Source of the DNA: the human T2T-CHM13v2.0 reference genome, Homo sapiens
Strand: one strand, 5' to 3'
NCBI RefSeq assembly: GCF_009914755.1
Contig: NC_060927.1
DNA length: 64,000 nucleotides
The first letter of the stretch is position 1. The number at the start of each line of letters is the position of its first letter. Shown here in pieces: positions 28,939-42,283 of this stretch. Made by a program: the position numbers and the translations under genes. The notes beneath the pieces were generated by a model. It was given only the letters and a program-made list of their open reading frames with translations, was not told where the DNA came from and made no database searches.

Positions 28939-31900
28939 GAGAGGATTCATGTGTTACTCACTTGTTGTCTCTCCACCACTTAATAGTGCTTACTACATAG
29001 GAACTTCATAAATTCTCAATGTTTGGATGAATAAGCCAAAAGATGTGCGAAAAATTATGCAGATAAATCTCTGATTTTTAATTTTTCACTAAGGAGAAAT
29101 TTATACTTAAAATCTGAATTAACAAAATCTTATTCTCTTTAAACAAAGTTGAAGATAAGATAGGATTAATTAAGAATATATGAGGATTAAAGGGATAGTA
29201 ACTCTCATTTGCCGGAAATGACATCACTCTGAAGAAGTTTTGTTTTTTTTTCTATTCTTTATTCTTTACTTCAATAACTATTTCAGCAAGTTTTCCTGAA
29301 GAGTCCTTTGTGATACAGTCAGTTACAGCCTTCAGCTGTGCTAAATAAAGGAACAATTGTAAATTTAATATTGGAGGTCTCTCTGACATACCATTCTCTT
29401 GTGGGGAGGTAAGTGAGAGGGGAAGGTGGAGAAAATATCATGATTACTTTTTCTCATTGCCTCCTTTTTGCTTTTGCCCATAGCGTGTTTTACTACCATC
29501 CATCAGAGTTATGTCAAGAATAGGCTTTACCCAAAATAGCTGAAAAGTAGCCTAGTTTATCACTTATCCTCACCAGTGAGTCAGTTTGAAACTCACTGTC
29601 TTCTACTAGGTCAAAAGGAATTGCTAATATTTTTAGAGGACACGATGGATGGCAGTTAGGATTTTAACAAAAGGTGACCAAAATAAAACATCAACATCAT
29701 TTTCACTTCTGAATTGAAGAAGAATGGGAAAAGCATAGATGACATTTCTTACTCAACCTGATTTTGCCATTTATTTTGAAAGGGAGAGGGAGGGCAATGG
29801 GGATAGATTCCAAGCCATCATTTAAAAATGTGACTACAGGCATTTGTTATTGACATGTCATTGCATCGTGCTACTTGAAAAAATTTTAAATGCATTTTTC
29901 TTTCCATGAGTCTGATTTAAGTTTGTCTGTCCAAAATTCCTTCAGGAATGCTCCCCTCTTTGTGTCTTCATTTTTCAAGGGATGAGAAGTTGACATAAGG
30001 GTTTTACTGAATTTGGTCTTGAAATCATAGGCAGAAAATTGGTGTTTTGTTGAATCAGCCCCTCTACTATTGAGCGTCTCTCTGAAACTTTTATGTTCTT
30101 CCTAGCTGACTCCTGAACTAACTAGAACTACTGGTGCTTCAATTTTGGGATGCATTCAATATTTAGCTTTTACTTTATCACTTCAGAGTCATCTAGTTTC
30201 AAGTTCTTTAGTTCCCACTTCCCTAGCAAAATGGTTTATAAATTGGCATAAAAGAAACACTCAAGGAATCAGCAGGAAAGTTGAGGAGAGTCAAGGAATT
30301 GTCAACTCCCCTCCCATCCACACTTCATTCACACAACTTCTGCCTTTATTTTCTGTATATATTAAGGTTAATCGATATGTTATATGGATTAAGGGAACCA
30401 CTGGTTTAAGAAGTTGAAAACCATTGCTCTACCCTATTTAAAGCAACAGAAGAAAAGCAGAATCATAAAAATTTAGAACCAAAAGGGATTTAAGTGACAA
30501 TCCAACTCTCTGATTATATGGATGAGAACGTTGAGCTAGGGAGAAATGAAGAAACATGTCTGAGTATACATAGTGATTTGCAGATATAAATCTATTGATT
30601 TCTACTCTAATATCCTTTCTTATTTTTCTATAATGTCAGTGATGCTTAAAGAATGAAGACTGAGGAAATATCTTTCCAAGGGCTGCCTAATTTAATGTTA
30701 TTAGCTACTTCAGAGATACTCTAGATCACATCAAACCATATTTATCTGCATACATTTATGCATTCATCATTCCATCTTTAGCCAAAGAGATATAGGCCAA
30801 TAATAGAAATCTGTTCCTGACTATATAGTTGTTACAGCACAAATACTGTAATAAATCCATCTAATTCTCAAGCACTCAGAGTCTAAATGATAGAAGCCTG
30901 TCTTTCAGGGACTATATGGAGAGCATGTATTCCAGATCCTACATGGAAGAGAACACTGACCAGTGAGTAGACACACACATAATACAGGGCTTCTGATCAT
31001 AGATTACTGGGGACTTCCAAAAATAATTTAAATTAAAAAGAGGAACTTCTTGCCTAGATTTTGCTATGAAAACTTGGATATCAGCATGTCAGTTTGGAAT
31101 GCATACTGTAACTTTTTGCAATAAGTGATCTATGAGCCTTCAAGCCATATGTCTTCATTCCTGGATTTGTGTTATTCTCTGGAAGGGCATAAAATAGGAA
31201 AAACACGGTGACATTAGCACAGTCTTTTGCTATTTGCTTTATAGCATCACCAGCTCCAACACCAATCCTCCAGCTCTTAAGGGTATCTCACATGTGCTTC
31301 AAATAGTTCCTTTATTGACCACAGTGGGTATGCCTTCTTTGTATACTTCTGCTCCGGAGCCACTGCTCTGCTGTCAAGGTCTCCAGTGTATGTGGACCAT
31401 GTTAAGGTGCCCTGTATCTGCTGGCAGAGCCCATTGTGATTCTCTCTTTCTCACCAGTACCACTGCTTTCATGAGTATTGCCCTCACCTCCACAGGGCAC
31501 TGATGCTGCCACTAGGCATGGACACTGCCTCTCCCTGGTACTGCTTTTTTTCAGAGAGTGCTATCAGATGCTTCTGCTACAATATGCCACTGCCATCTCA
31601 ATGCACCCCTGACACACACTCTGGCTACTGTCACCTACATTGGGCCTGTTTTTGCACAGAACCCTCAAGAAACCCTGTCCAATACTACATGGGGCTCTGT
31701 GAAAAACTGCATTCTTCTCTTTCGTGAGATATCAAAAAAGGGCTGTTTGGGTCCCATGCTCTACAGAATTTTTATTGAAAGCTGTGATGAGATAAACTTT
31801 TTGACATATATGTGTTCACAGCTTTTTTCTTCCTTTTTTCCCCTACTTTAGCTCCTTTGCCTCTCCCCTCTCTGAAGAGATGATGGGAAAAAGATCTAAG

Positions 31901-34189
31901 TAGATGGATTAATTTGAGTAAAGCAATCAGGGAAAAAGAACCACATTCCTGGAGGAGCGAGGCCTGTAGTAGAAAGCTATGCCATACCAGATGCATATTG
32001 TGAAAGTTCTGTGCAGAGAAAGGAGATGATGGACCAGGATGGTGAAGAAAAGGCTATGTAGATGGGAGAATTCTGTTAGGATGCAGTGGAAGGACAGCAA
32101 GAATTTGGAGAAAACAGCATGTTTTCATTAGAATAGCTGTGAACAAAGTTTCTCTATTCACATGATGCTTCAGAGATAAATTTTTACATTTCAGCCTGTA
32201 CCAGGTGCAGCTTTATAGACACTATGTAATATTTCAGTAGTTATGTACTGTATACTACCATATTCTCACCCTATTCCTCTCCTCTCTAGATACCAAGACA
32301 TAAGTTCATAAGGATTAGGTCAGGAGACAAATATGAAGGAGAGGCAACAAGATGTCCAAAGAATTCCCACTGCCTCCTGAAGCTGAGACTTCACTTCACA
32401 GTCAAGTCTGACTGTCTCTTTCCTTCCCTGAGACAAATTCTCCCCAAGATTACTCTTAGTCCCACAAAATTCTGGCAGATCCAATCCTGAGTCGGCTAGC
32501 ATTGACCAGATTTGTCTGAGCCCCAGCCAAGAAGGAACAGAGTTTAGGTTCAACTGAGACTGCCACTATCTTTCATTTCAATAAAAAGTATAATTGTCTC
32601 TTGGATCATGGCAAATAACTCTTTCATTGTTTTCTCATTCTGAAATTTCAGTTTTATAAATCCCCAAATTAATTCAGAGAAGCTGAAGATGAATCTGCTT
32701 TAGAAGACTACATGCTTCCCAAAGTATCCCAGTTGATTTAGGGGCTAATTTATTGTAGGTTTGTGGGCTCACTAGCTTTTAGCCTCATTTTGCTTCCCAT
32801 ATCAGCATCTGTATTTGTTTGACAGCCACTGGCTGAATGACTCTGAGAGTTATGAAGCCATTTGGATGGCCCAGGGGCCACATGGCTTATCTGAGGTGAC
32901 ACTGTGTGTGTTTATTATTTGTCATCAGGTTAAGATGTGTCTCACATAAATTAAGCTCAGGGACTGAGTCTACCAGTTCTCTGGAAAAATAATTCCAAGT
33001 TTTTAGTGATGTAAGATTCTCCCCAAACACGTCAATGTCTTTTGCTTGAAGTCCAAACAGAGATGATGCCACTTCCTGATAGAAAGGAGGCTATTGCTAC
33101 CATGCACCAGGCACAGCACTAGGAACAGGGGTCACCGAAGAATATGCCAGTCTCTATTCTCAACTCTAGGAGCCTGCCTCTCTAAAGGAGAAAGACAGGA
33201 ACCCCCACCTGGCAGAGTAAATACTAAATGGAGGTATGCTCAAAGTATAAGGCTAGATTCTGGTGGATGGGCGATTAAGTTTGACTCTGCAGGAAGGAGT
33301 AGCTTATGGTAGAGCAGAATGAGGTGATGATGCTTAACTGCCCTCTTTTATATTGTATCTGTGCCATGAGGTGATGCTCTTGGCTTAGAAGCCCTCACAC
33401 TGCCATTTATACCAGTCCCTTAGATCTCGGTCAACCCCTCCCGCCCTGAATTAGTGCAATGGCTACACATCAAAGCATTTGAGAATCTTTTGAAAAATAG
33501 TGATGATCAAGCCTCACCACAGGCTGACTGAGAGAGAATCTCCAAGAAAGGAGTCTGTGCAGGTCGGGGGAGCATTAAAGCTCTCTTAAAGCTGTCTCCC
33601 CAGAGGGACTCCCTAGATGTACAGCCAGCCAGCCTGGCACAAGCCTTCAGACTGGCCTCTGGAAACCATTGCTCCAAATGACCTCCATCAGAATCCCATA
33701 CAGTCCATCAGTGGGGCTGGGGAGTATTCCCTGAAGTATGCCACAAGATGTTATCTGCTTTTAAAGATTGGACTGCGAGCACAACCTGAAGAGGAGACGC
33801 CTATGGGAAAAAGTGGTGTACGCTAAACTTAGAATTCACCCGTCTATTTTTGGTCCCATCCATCATGTCTAGACTCTCATTTGTCACCATCGGGTAGAAC
33901 TATTTAGGACACAGTCAATCAGACCACTGTGAGCTATGAGGATAAGTGTATGAGATCAGATCTAGGTTAGCTTCAAAGTTAGCTCTCTCGGCTCCTCCAT
34001 AAATTCCTGGAAGTATTTATTGGTCATACTAAGTAGTCCTTTTTCCATAGGGATTTGGGTACATGCCAGGTTTGGCCATTTGCTCAGACCAGTGAGCTGA
34101 CTGAAAATATGCAAGTACCCCTGAACCTTCAGATTCACAGGCACCCTGGCCATGTGCACTTCTGTGGCACAGCAGCAGTAGTGCCAGCT

Positions 34190-34345
34190 TGGTAAAGGAG
34201 GGAAGCACTGGGCGTGAGGCAAAAGAACTGGATTCCAGTTCTCACTGCCACCATGTATCTGTATGACCTTGGGTGTTTCACAGAACCTCTCTGGGTCAAT
34301 TTCCTTATCCATAGAATGAGGGAACTTGACTAGAAGATTCTCAGG
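34190..34345. mobile_element. MIR
   Basis: MIR core TGTATGACCTTGGG...CCTCTCTGGGTCAATTTCCTTATC. Confidence 0.65.
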
Positions 34346-34529
34346 GTCAGACCTCTTTTCACTGGGATAATGTATGATTAATAATGCTTTGGAAATTGTT
34401 ACAAAATGATTTGCATAGATATCTCTGCCTAAGCTATAGGTAGTTGGAAATGTGACTCCCAGAAATAATTTTTTAAAAGCCATTCTTTATTAATTAAAAT
34501 GGGATGAAAGAAAATGGTCTAATATTTCT

Positions 34530-34765
34530 TTGATGTCTGCTGTGCACCAGGCATTGTGTTAAGTGGTTCTCCCTTTGTGAGTTCATTTAAGCCTTCTAAA
34601 AACCCAAGAAAATTCCTGTTCCAGTTAAGAAGAACCTGGAGTATTCTCATTTCAGATAAGACGGCAGACACAAAGGGTAAAATAACTGGCCTAAGTTCAC
34701 AGAGCTAGTAAATGATAGAGCTAGGGCTCAAGTCCAGGTTTTGTTATTCTAAATCCAGTGCTTTT
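34530..34765. mobile_element. MIR (opposite orientation to the previous one)
   Basis: CAGGCATTGTGTTAAG...TTTCAGATAAG...CACAGAGCTAGTAAATGATAGAGCTAGG. Confidence 0.65.
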
Positions 34766-37700
34766 GACAGTTGAAATTCAGTTGTAATCCTGTGGGTGGG
34801 AGAGGCCCTTTGTAAATCAACTGGCTGGTCCAGTTCAATGGAGAATGACTGTGGGTAACCACACGTGAGAGCGTTGCTATTTGTCCTGCGTTTCATGTTT
34901 GCCTTCAGGGGCCTTCATAAGGCTTGCATTAGCAACTCAGACTCTGACTGAGTTACCAAATGAATGTCCCTATCCCCTTTCTGCTCTTACTAACTTTTAT
35001 TTCTTAAAGAGGAAAGTTAAAAATAAATCACAACTAAGTATTAGGGCAAAATTAATGCCGTGTCTTTAATCATGTAAATGCAAGCAAAAATCCCAAATGT
35101 AAAATCCCAAGGCAAACATAGCAGAACCCATTGTACCAGCAGAGAGGGAAAGAATACCATATTTATTAAATTTTTAAAAAAATATTTGCTAGGACATTGT
35201 ATTGCAGTAGCACAGAGAGTCATGACTTTACATGTTCTGCCTTTCTATATGATTAAAATACCAATTTTGACACTGCATTAATTTCAACCAAAATTCACTC
35301 ATTTTATGAAATATTCTTTAAAAATGAAGTATTATTCTAAGACTTAAAATGTGAAAAAGAATTATTTATCAGTGTTATTGGCTCACATAACATTTATAAA
35401 AAATGAAGAGACAGCTTGAAATGATTCTGAGGTCACACAGTAGAGACTTTAAGCTGTCCAGCCCCAATTCACACTTGGCACCTGGCAAACATTTAAACCA
35501 CACATCTGTGAAACACTTAGCCATTCTTTGAGTAATAGGAATGCCTCATACAGAATCTACTCTGGTAGAGGAACCAGCTGGGAAGATGTGCCATTCATCA
35601 CAAAGTGGAGGCCCAGCATTTTCATGGGGTGTGGAAGAGGCACCAGCAGTATTTTCTAGCCTCAATTGTCTCTTTGCCTACAGCTTTCTATCATTTACTT
35701 AACACTCAATTTCCTTTCACCTTTCACCATCACCATCATTGTTTTCAGTTCTTTTAGCTCAGAAAGTGTGGGCCTAATATTAATATCTGGATTGGTCAGT
35801 TCCAGAAGTTAAAGGTCCTTGCCAGCCTTAATCTAAAGTAAAACACACACACCCACACACACATGCATACACACAGATAGAGTGATTGCTTGTGAGCAAT
35901 GTCCATTCAATCTGGGATCTATGAGATCCTTTAGACACTTTATTTCCTGTTTTGTTCTCTTAATTTCCCTGGTTTGGTTTCAATGTAGACTCAGGTCTGG
36001 TCAATAGATAATGTAGATACCGTATCACTGGCTTCTGAGAGTAATTGTTTTAATGAGGCATCTGACAGGCTCCTGTTGGTCCCCAGGAAGCACAGCAGAA
36101 GGGATTGTGTTTATAATCGACTCTAATCCGTTCTAATCTTTCACTTTAACCTCACCAAGAATTAAGTGATTGATTTTTGGTCTCTTGAAAGAAAATAAAG
36201 ACCTCCTGAGACAAAACTTGGCAGCTGTCCAAAGACAAAGAAACAATTGAGGGCTGGCACCATTTGTACTTGGATATGGGGAACTGTCTTGGTCTAAGTA
36301 GGTCATTTCCCTCCCACCAGTTCTTGGTTCCTATTTGAGCACTCGCATTGTCCTGGGTCAGGAAAGTTAGACAGAATTTCACAATAATTTATCTACCTCA
36401 GCGTCAGACACCTGTAAGACAAAATATGGCAAATATGGCTAGGCCAGGTTATTCCTTGGCATTCTGCTTCCTCTAAGACGTATCTCACTCCCTTGACCTA
36501 AAGTCCAAAGGCTGTAGTTCCCAGATTACTGCTGTCAGACAGCAGGAACTACCCTTTTTCTCACTCCACTCAGAAAGACATGTTAGTTCCCCTCTAAAAA
36601 AGTTTATTTTCCCTATAAGTTGGTGTTGGCTGGAACAACAATGTGCTGTTGGGGTAAGAAGTAGCTGACTACTAAATTGGATGTTATTCACACAAGTGCT
36701 CATCTTTTAACCTACTAGTGAAATTGGGGCTGAAATGATAAACTAATGAAAATAGAGAACAATACGTAAGCATTGAGGGAAAGCTGACCTCCTCCTTCCT
36801 TACCTCTCTTGTCCCCTCCAAACTTCCTATTCTCACCATTCCTCAGCCACTTTTTTAGTTTCTATTTTTCCATATAGTTCAAATATGCAGTGCCAGAGGA
36901 GTGGTGTGCACAGAGACTGAACTTCAAGTCAGAAGGCAGAGGGAGAGGATTCTTTGGAGAACAAAAAAAGAGAATGAGAGATAGCAAGAGGGGGAAGCAA
37001 TTAAGTATATTTGACAATAGACCCCATTGTCAGCATATTTAATTGTCTTCACGCATCTTTTTGTACCTAGGCACCTCAGCCTCCTAACATCACCACCTGG
37101 CCAAGTTGCAGCCTCCTATCCAGCATTCTCCTATCTTGCTCCCTAACACCAGGTACTGTTGATTTCAGTCCAAAGTCAGCCCTTCATCTTCAGTCACACT
37201 TTCACCTATGCTCAGAAATATTTTTTTTTTGCCTCCTGTCACCATCCTCCCACTAACTAGTCCAAAATTCCCTGTTCCACTTTCCTTAGGGCTCCTTCCT
37301 CACTGATTTTCACAAATAACCCATCTTCCCTTCTATTTATACATAAGGTTGGAGGTTCAAGTCAGAACTTCAACTTTCTTACTCTCCACATCTCAATTTT
37401 ACCATAATTTCTCTGATAACCACCCTGCTATAGAGCAAAAACTTCCCTATTCAGTCTGCGTACCCCATCAGTGCTCTATTGCACTCTCTTAATCTCCCAA
37501 ATACTTCCCTGTGAGTTTTTTCCTGTTTCTTGAATTATTAGTCTCTTCCTCTTCACTCTCTGCTTCCTACAACCTAATATAAATTTCGTCTTATGAAAAA
37601 AGTCTCATCCCAATAATACTTAACTGCTTCCCCCTCTTGCTATCTTTCATCCTCTTTTTTTTTCTCCAAAGAATCCTCTCCCTCTTTGCCTTCTGACTTA

Positions 37701-40189
37701 AAGTTTAGCCTCTGTGCACACCACTACCCTGGCACTGCATATTTGAACTTACTAGTGATAAATGAAGTTGGGAGTGTAGACAGAGAATAAAAGAAGAAAG
37801 AAAACAGGACTGCTGAAAGGTTAAGATTGCAAGAGTAGAAGATGGAATCACCTACGAAGAAGATGGGAAAAGGCTAGCCACAGAAGCGTGTATGGAGTTA
37901 GGAATGGGGGCAAGAGAGCACAGCCCTGGACTTACCCTGAAAGCCAGACCAAGGTCCACAGAAGCCCCACTTTCTGAGCAAAGGGTGTCAGGAGAGGAAA
38001 GAGCTAACCTCCATTCCAGCCAGGTGGGCTTTACCCAATAGGTCTGTGGTTGCATTGCTGGGACAGAGAGGTGAAGACCAGTGCAGCAGGTGTGAGGCTG
38101 GCCTTTGTCCTGCAAGACACTGCTGGATAGAGGGGACAGTCAGCTGCTAATGCCAGGGGGACCAGCAATCCTGGAAGGAGCTAATAGGAGATGAAGGAAT
38201 CTTCTGGTTAAGAGATGTGGTGCCCCCTCACCTCTCTCTTCCTACCCATCCATCCACAACTTCTAGCCCCAGGAACTTTAATTTTTAACAAAGCATTACT
38301 AATATCTAGGTTTTGTACTGATTTGATTGCCTCCTGTTTTCTCGGCATCCATGTCAGAAGTGTCTTTGAAATTTAAATTAATGAAAAATATTGGGTTTTT
38401 TTCAACCTATCAGCAAACATTAGGACTTTTATTATCAAACTTACATTTATAAGAAGAGTAGCCAGACCAAGGCTCAAGTATAATTTAAACGGAAAAAAAA
38501 GTGCTTTATTGTTTTGTCACACTGAAGCCTTGAGCCACACAGATCAAGTTTATGTCAGAAAATTATTAAAGGACCAAGTCTACAACATGTGGATTTGGGG
38601 AGCATATGTCATATTTGATGTGGGAAAGAGGAATATCCCACAATTGGATATAAAGGATACGTCAAAGGCAAGTGTATTTCATAACAACATAAGAGGAAAT
38701 GAGAGGGAAAATCAGTGCAGAAAGAATCTTTGAAACTTAACCAAAAGAAAACAGCTCCTCACTCAGATAGACAATACGGTCCCTGAGTAAATGTCATCTG
38801 TAAGAATATTTATCTTTGTGTTCCCACTTTCTTTGATGATATCATTATTCTAGGCAAAGATCATTCCTGTCCGGCCCGCAAACATCAGCAGCACATAAAC
38901 ACTAACTTGCTTAGGGAACTCCACTGGCAGCAGAGCCCAGGGAAATTGTGTCATCCATTTAAGATGTCTCATACCACAGACACACTGTTATCCCAGGCCA
39001 TTGCTGGCTTCCTTGAAAGCAATAAGCAGACAATACAAGAAGCTGGCAGGAAATCCAGTATCTAAAACCCAATATGAGATTGTGGGCCCAATCTAATAAG
39101 AATAGATTCATCTGGCTTTATTCCCATTTTGTCACTTGCTTTGTGGGGAAAGTAAAACACGATAAAGCAGAGCATTATGGCAACCTCTGAGTGCATATTG
39201 ACTCCTCATTCCCTGAACTTTTATGCTGAACATCTTGAATCATGCAAATTAGTGGGGACTCAGTTTCTTAGCTGTACCTTTCTTTCTATTACAGTGGAAG
39301 CTTAAGAGACTTTCTCAAGCTTAGCTTAAAAGATTCCAATATTGAATGTTCTGAGGCTTCTTTAAATTCACAAGTGAATTTGATGAAAATTTAGACATTC
39401 ATCTGATGTATGTTAAAGAGTCTAGAGTCGTCATCACCCCAGGAAGCAACTGGGGCAGATGCATTGGCTAACTTTCCTATGACTTCTATGGGATCTATGC
39501 TTTTAATAAAACTTAAATTTGATTTGAACAAAATTGATAAGGGGTCAAAAGGACAGAGAATCTGAAGTTGAAGCTTCTTCTTGTTTAGTAAGGGGTTTTG
39601 TTTCTTTTAAGCAGATGGATTTATTAAGATTTTTATAGCATTTCTGTGCTCAAACCAGTAGATCTGTGTATTGGGTAGCTGTTTACTTTAGACTTTTATG
39701 TAAGCCCTAGCAAGATCTTCTCATTAATCCAATCACAGCAGCAGGCTGTGATTAATTTACTGCAGCATTGATTTTTTAAGGAGCATTGAAAAGACCTCCT
39801 TAGTTCAGGGAGAAAAAATGCATTAAGGGATTACAGACTACATCTGCCAAAACTAAGATATTTATTCATATAATTTATTATAATTTTCTGTTTTACATGG
39901 CCTATCATTTTCTATATATTTCATGGAAATCTTATATTTTATAACTTAATGGCAGGCCAAGTCATTTGGTGATGACTATTAAACTCGTATTGAATCAATG
40001 AACTAGGAGGCCATTTTCATTTATGTAATCTTTAGCAGTTTACCATTTTACTAATGAGGAAATGCAAGCCCAGAAAATTAAATGACCTATCTATCCAACA
40101 TCACTGAGTTGGAGGAGAGCTATATCTAGAAACTGCCTTCCTTCCCTTGACTCCTCTCTCTTGCTTCTTACTTTTCTTAGCATTATTGT

Positions 40190-40425
40190 GACTTTGTTAG
40201 CTGTGCTATGGGCCAGACACTACACCAGAAACTTTCACATATGTAATCCCTTTGAATTTTCACAGCAATCTTGAAGGAAGGCATTGTCATTACCATAATT
40301 TTATATGTAAGGAAACTAAAGCTGAAAGAATTTAAGTTACTTGACCAAGGTCATTCAACTAAAAGCTGGGTAAATCCTAGATACTAAGCTAAAGTTTGTT
40401 TCCACCCAAATTCTAAGCTCCTAAT
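40190..40425. mobile_element. MIR
   Basis: TAAGGAAACTAAAGCT...AAGTTACTTGACCAAGGTCA. Confidence 0.65.
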
Positions 40426-40958
40426 TGTACCCCATACATAACATTGCTTAGAAAGATGACATTGCAGTGTTCTGCCACTTTTGCCATTTCCCCAACTTCT
40501 TCCTTAGGGCAAAAGGTGACTTTCTAAATTGTTCATGATGTGAGCTCAAATCTTTGCCTGAAAATCACTTTCTTTGACCACCTTTTGTTCCATATATCAC
40601 TGACTGTCTTAGGGGTCCAAAACAGAGCTGGGAACTTTGGTTAATGATGGATGGCACTAACCAGTATACAGATCACTCTTCTTCAGCTCTTTTGAATCTG
40701 TACAGTTGATACGGGGAAAGAAAAATAAGTTCACATTTGTTTTCATCAAGGAAAGAATTAGGCAATTCATATAAAATAACATTTTGGCCAAAAGTTGTTG
40801 TTATCATTAGAAAAACAAAAAGGACTATGCATTTTATGCTAAGAATAGCTTGTTTTGCACCTGGCTTACTTGGATGCCAGGCACTTTACATGTCATCAGT
40901 CTTCACACATACCCATTTAAGAGATGCTAGAACACAGAGGCTTAGAGAGATTTAGCAT

Positions 40959-41973
40959 TGCTGCAGGAAGTCAGGGACCCCAAACAGAGGGATCGGCTGG
41001 AGCCACGGCAGAGGAACATAAATCATGAAGATTTCAGGGAGAGTTATCAGTTCCCTAATAATACTTTTATAATTTCTTATGCCTGTCTTACTTTGATGTC
41101 TTAATCCTGTTATCTTTGTAAGCTGAGGATGTATGTCACCTCAGGAACACTATGATAATTGTGTTAACTGTACAAATTCATGGTAAAATATGTGTGTTTG
41201 AACAATATGAAATTAGTGCACCTTGAAAAGGAACAGAATAACACTGATTTTTAGGAAACAGGGGAAGACAACCATAAGGTCTGACTGCCTGCAGGGTCGG
41301 GCAAAAAGAGCCACATTTTTCTTCTTGCAGAGAGCCTATAAACAGACATGCAAGTAGGGAAGATATCGCTAAATTCTTTTCCTAGCAAGGAATATTGATA
41401 TTAATACTCTGGGAAAGGAATTCATTCCTGGAGGAAGGTCTATAAATGGCTGCTCTGGGAATGTCTACCCTATGTGGTTGAGATAAGGACTAAGATAAGC
41501 TCTGGTCTCCTGCAGTACCCTCAGGCTTACTAGGATTGGGAAATTCCATCCTGGTAAATTTTTGGTCAGACTGGTTCTCTGCTCTCAAACCCTGTTTTCT
41601 GTTAAGATGTTTATCAAGACAATATGTGCATCACTGAACATAGACCCTTATCAGAAGTTCTGCCTTTTGCCCTTTGTCCTGTTTCCTCAGAAGCATGTAA
41701 TCTTTGTTCTGCTTTTTGCCCTTTGAAGCATGTGATCTTTGTGACTTATTCCTTGTTCGTACATCCCCTCTCCTTTTGAAATCCTTAATAAAAACCTGCT
41801 GGTTTTGAGGCTCGGGTGGGCATCACAGTCCTACTGACATGTGATGTCACCCCCGGTGGCCCAGCTATAAAATTCCTCTCTTTGTATTCTTTCTCTTTAT
41901 TTCTCAGCCAGCCGACACTTATGGAATATAGAAAGCACCTACGTTTAAATACTGGGGGCAGGTTCCCCTGATA
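40959..41973 (+). repeat. 5' LTR (MER11)
   Basis: TGCTGCAGGAAGTCAGGGACCCC...GGTTCCCCTGATA. TATAAA motifs, AATAAA near 41787. Direct repeat of 46262-47276. Confidence 0.95.
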
Positions 41974-41975
41974 TC

Positions 41976-41993
41976 TGGCACACCAATGTGGTT
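41976..41993 (+). other. degenerate tRNA-Lys-like primer binding site
   Basis: TGGCACACCAATGTGG directly after the 5' LTR, resembling TGGCGCCCAACGTGG with CpG decay. Confidence 0.6.
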
Positions 41994-42129
41994 TTCTTTT
42001 TCCTAAGTGCATGTGGGAACCCAATTCCCTTTGGTAGGTGTGGAGAAATTTTCATTGGGCTGGCACACAGAAATGCTTGTTCAGCTCCCTGATGATTGGT
42101 GAGTTGTCTGTGTATTGTCCAGGGTAACT

Positions 42130-42283
42130 ATGGGTCACATGGAGTCTAAACATTATGCTTATCTCTGCTATATTAAATTCCTGTTAAAACAGGGAGGAGT
42201 TTGAGTGCCCATAGAAAATATGGTCACCCTATTCAGGGCGGTGGAAGAACACTGTCCTTGGTTTCCTAAAAAGGGAATATTAG
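42130..42283 (+). pseudogene. gag 5' remnant (matrix N-terminus)
   Basis: MGHMESKHYAYLCYIKFLLKQGGV*VPIENMVTLFRAVEEHCPWFPKKG. Internal stop; the rest of gag is deleted. Confidence 0.85.

Noticed and set aside
31200-31760. Possible processed pseudogene in a C-rich stretch with short ORFs
   Set aside because: No recognisable protein similarity, polyA tail or TSD; more likely decayed repeat or unique DNA. A BLASTX/Dfam search would settle it.
33962-34483. 173-aa minus-strand ORF
   Set aside because: Overlaps a MIR, has no recognisable domain, and fits a chance ORF.
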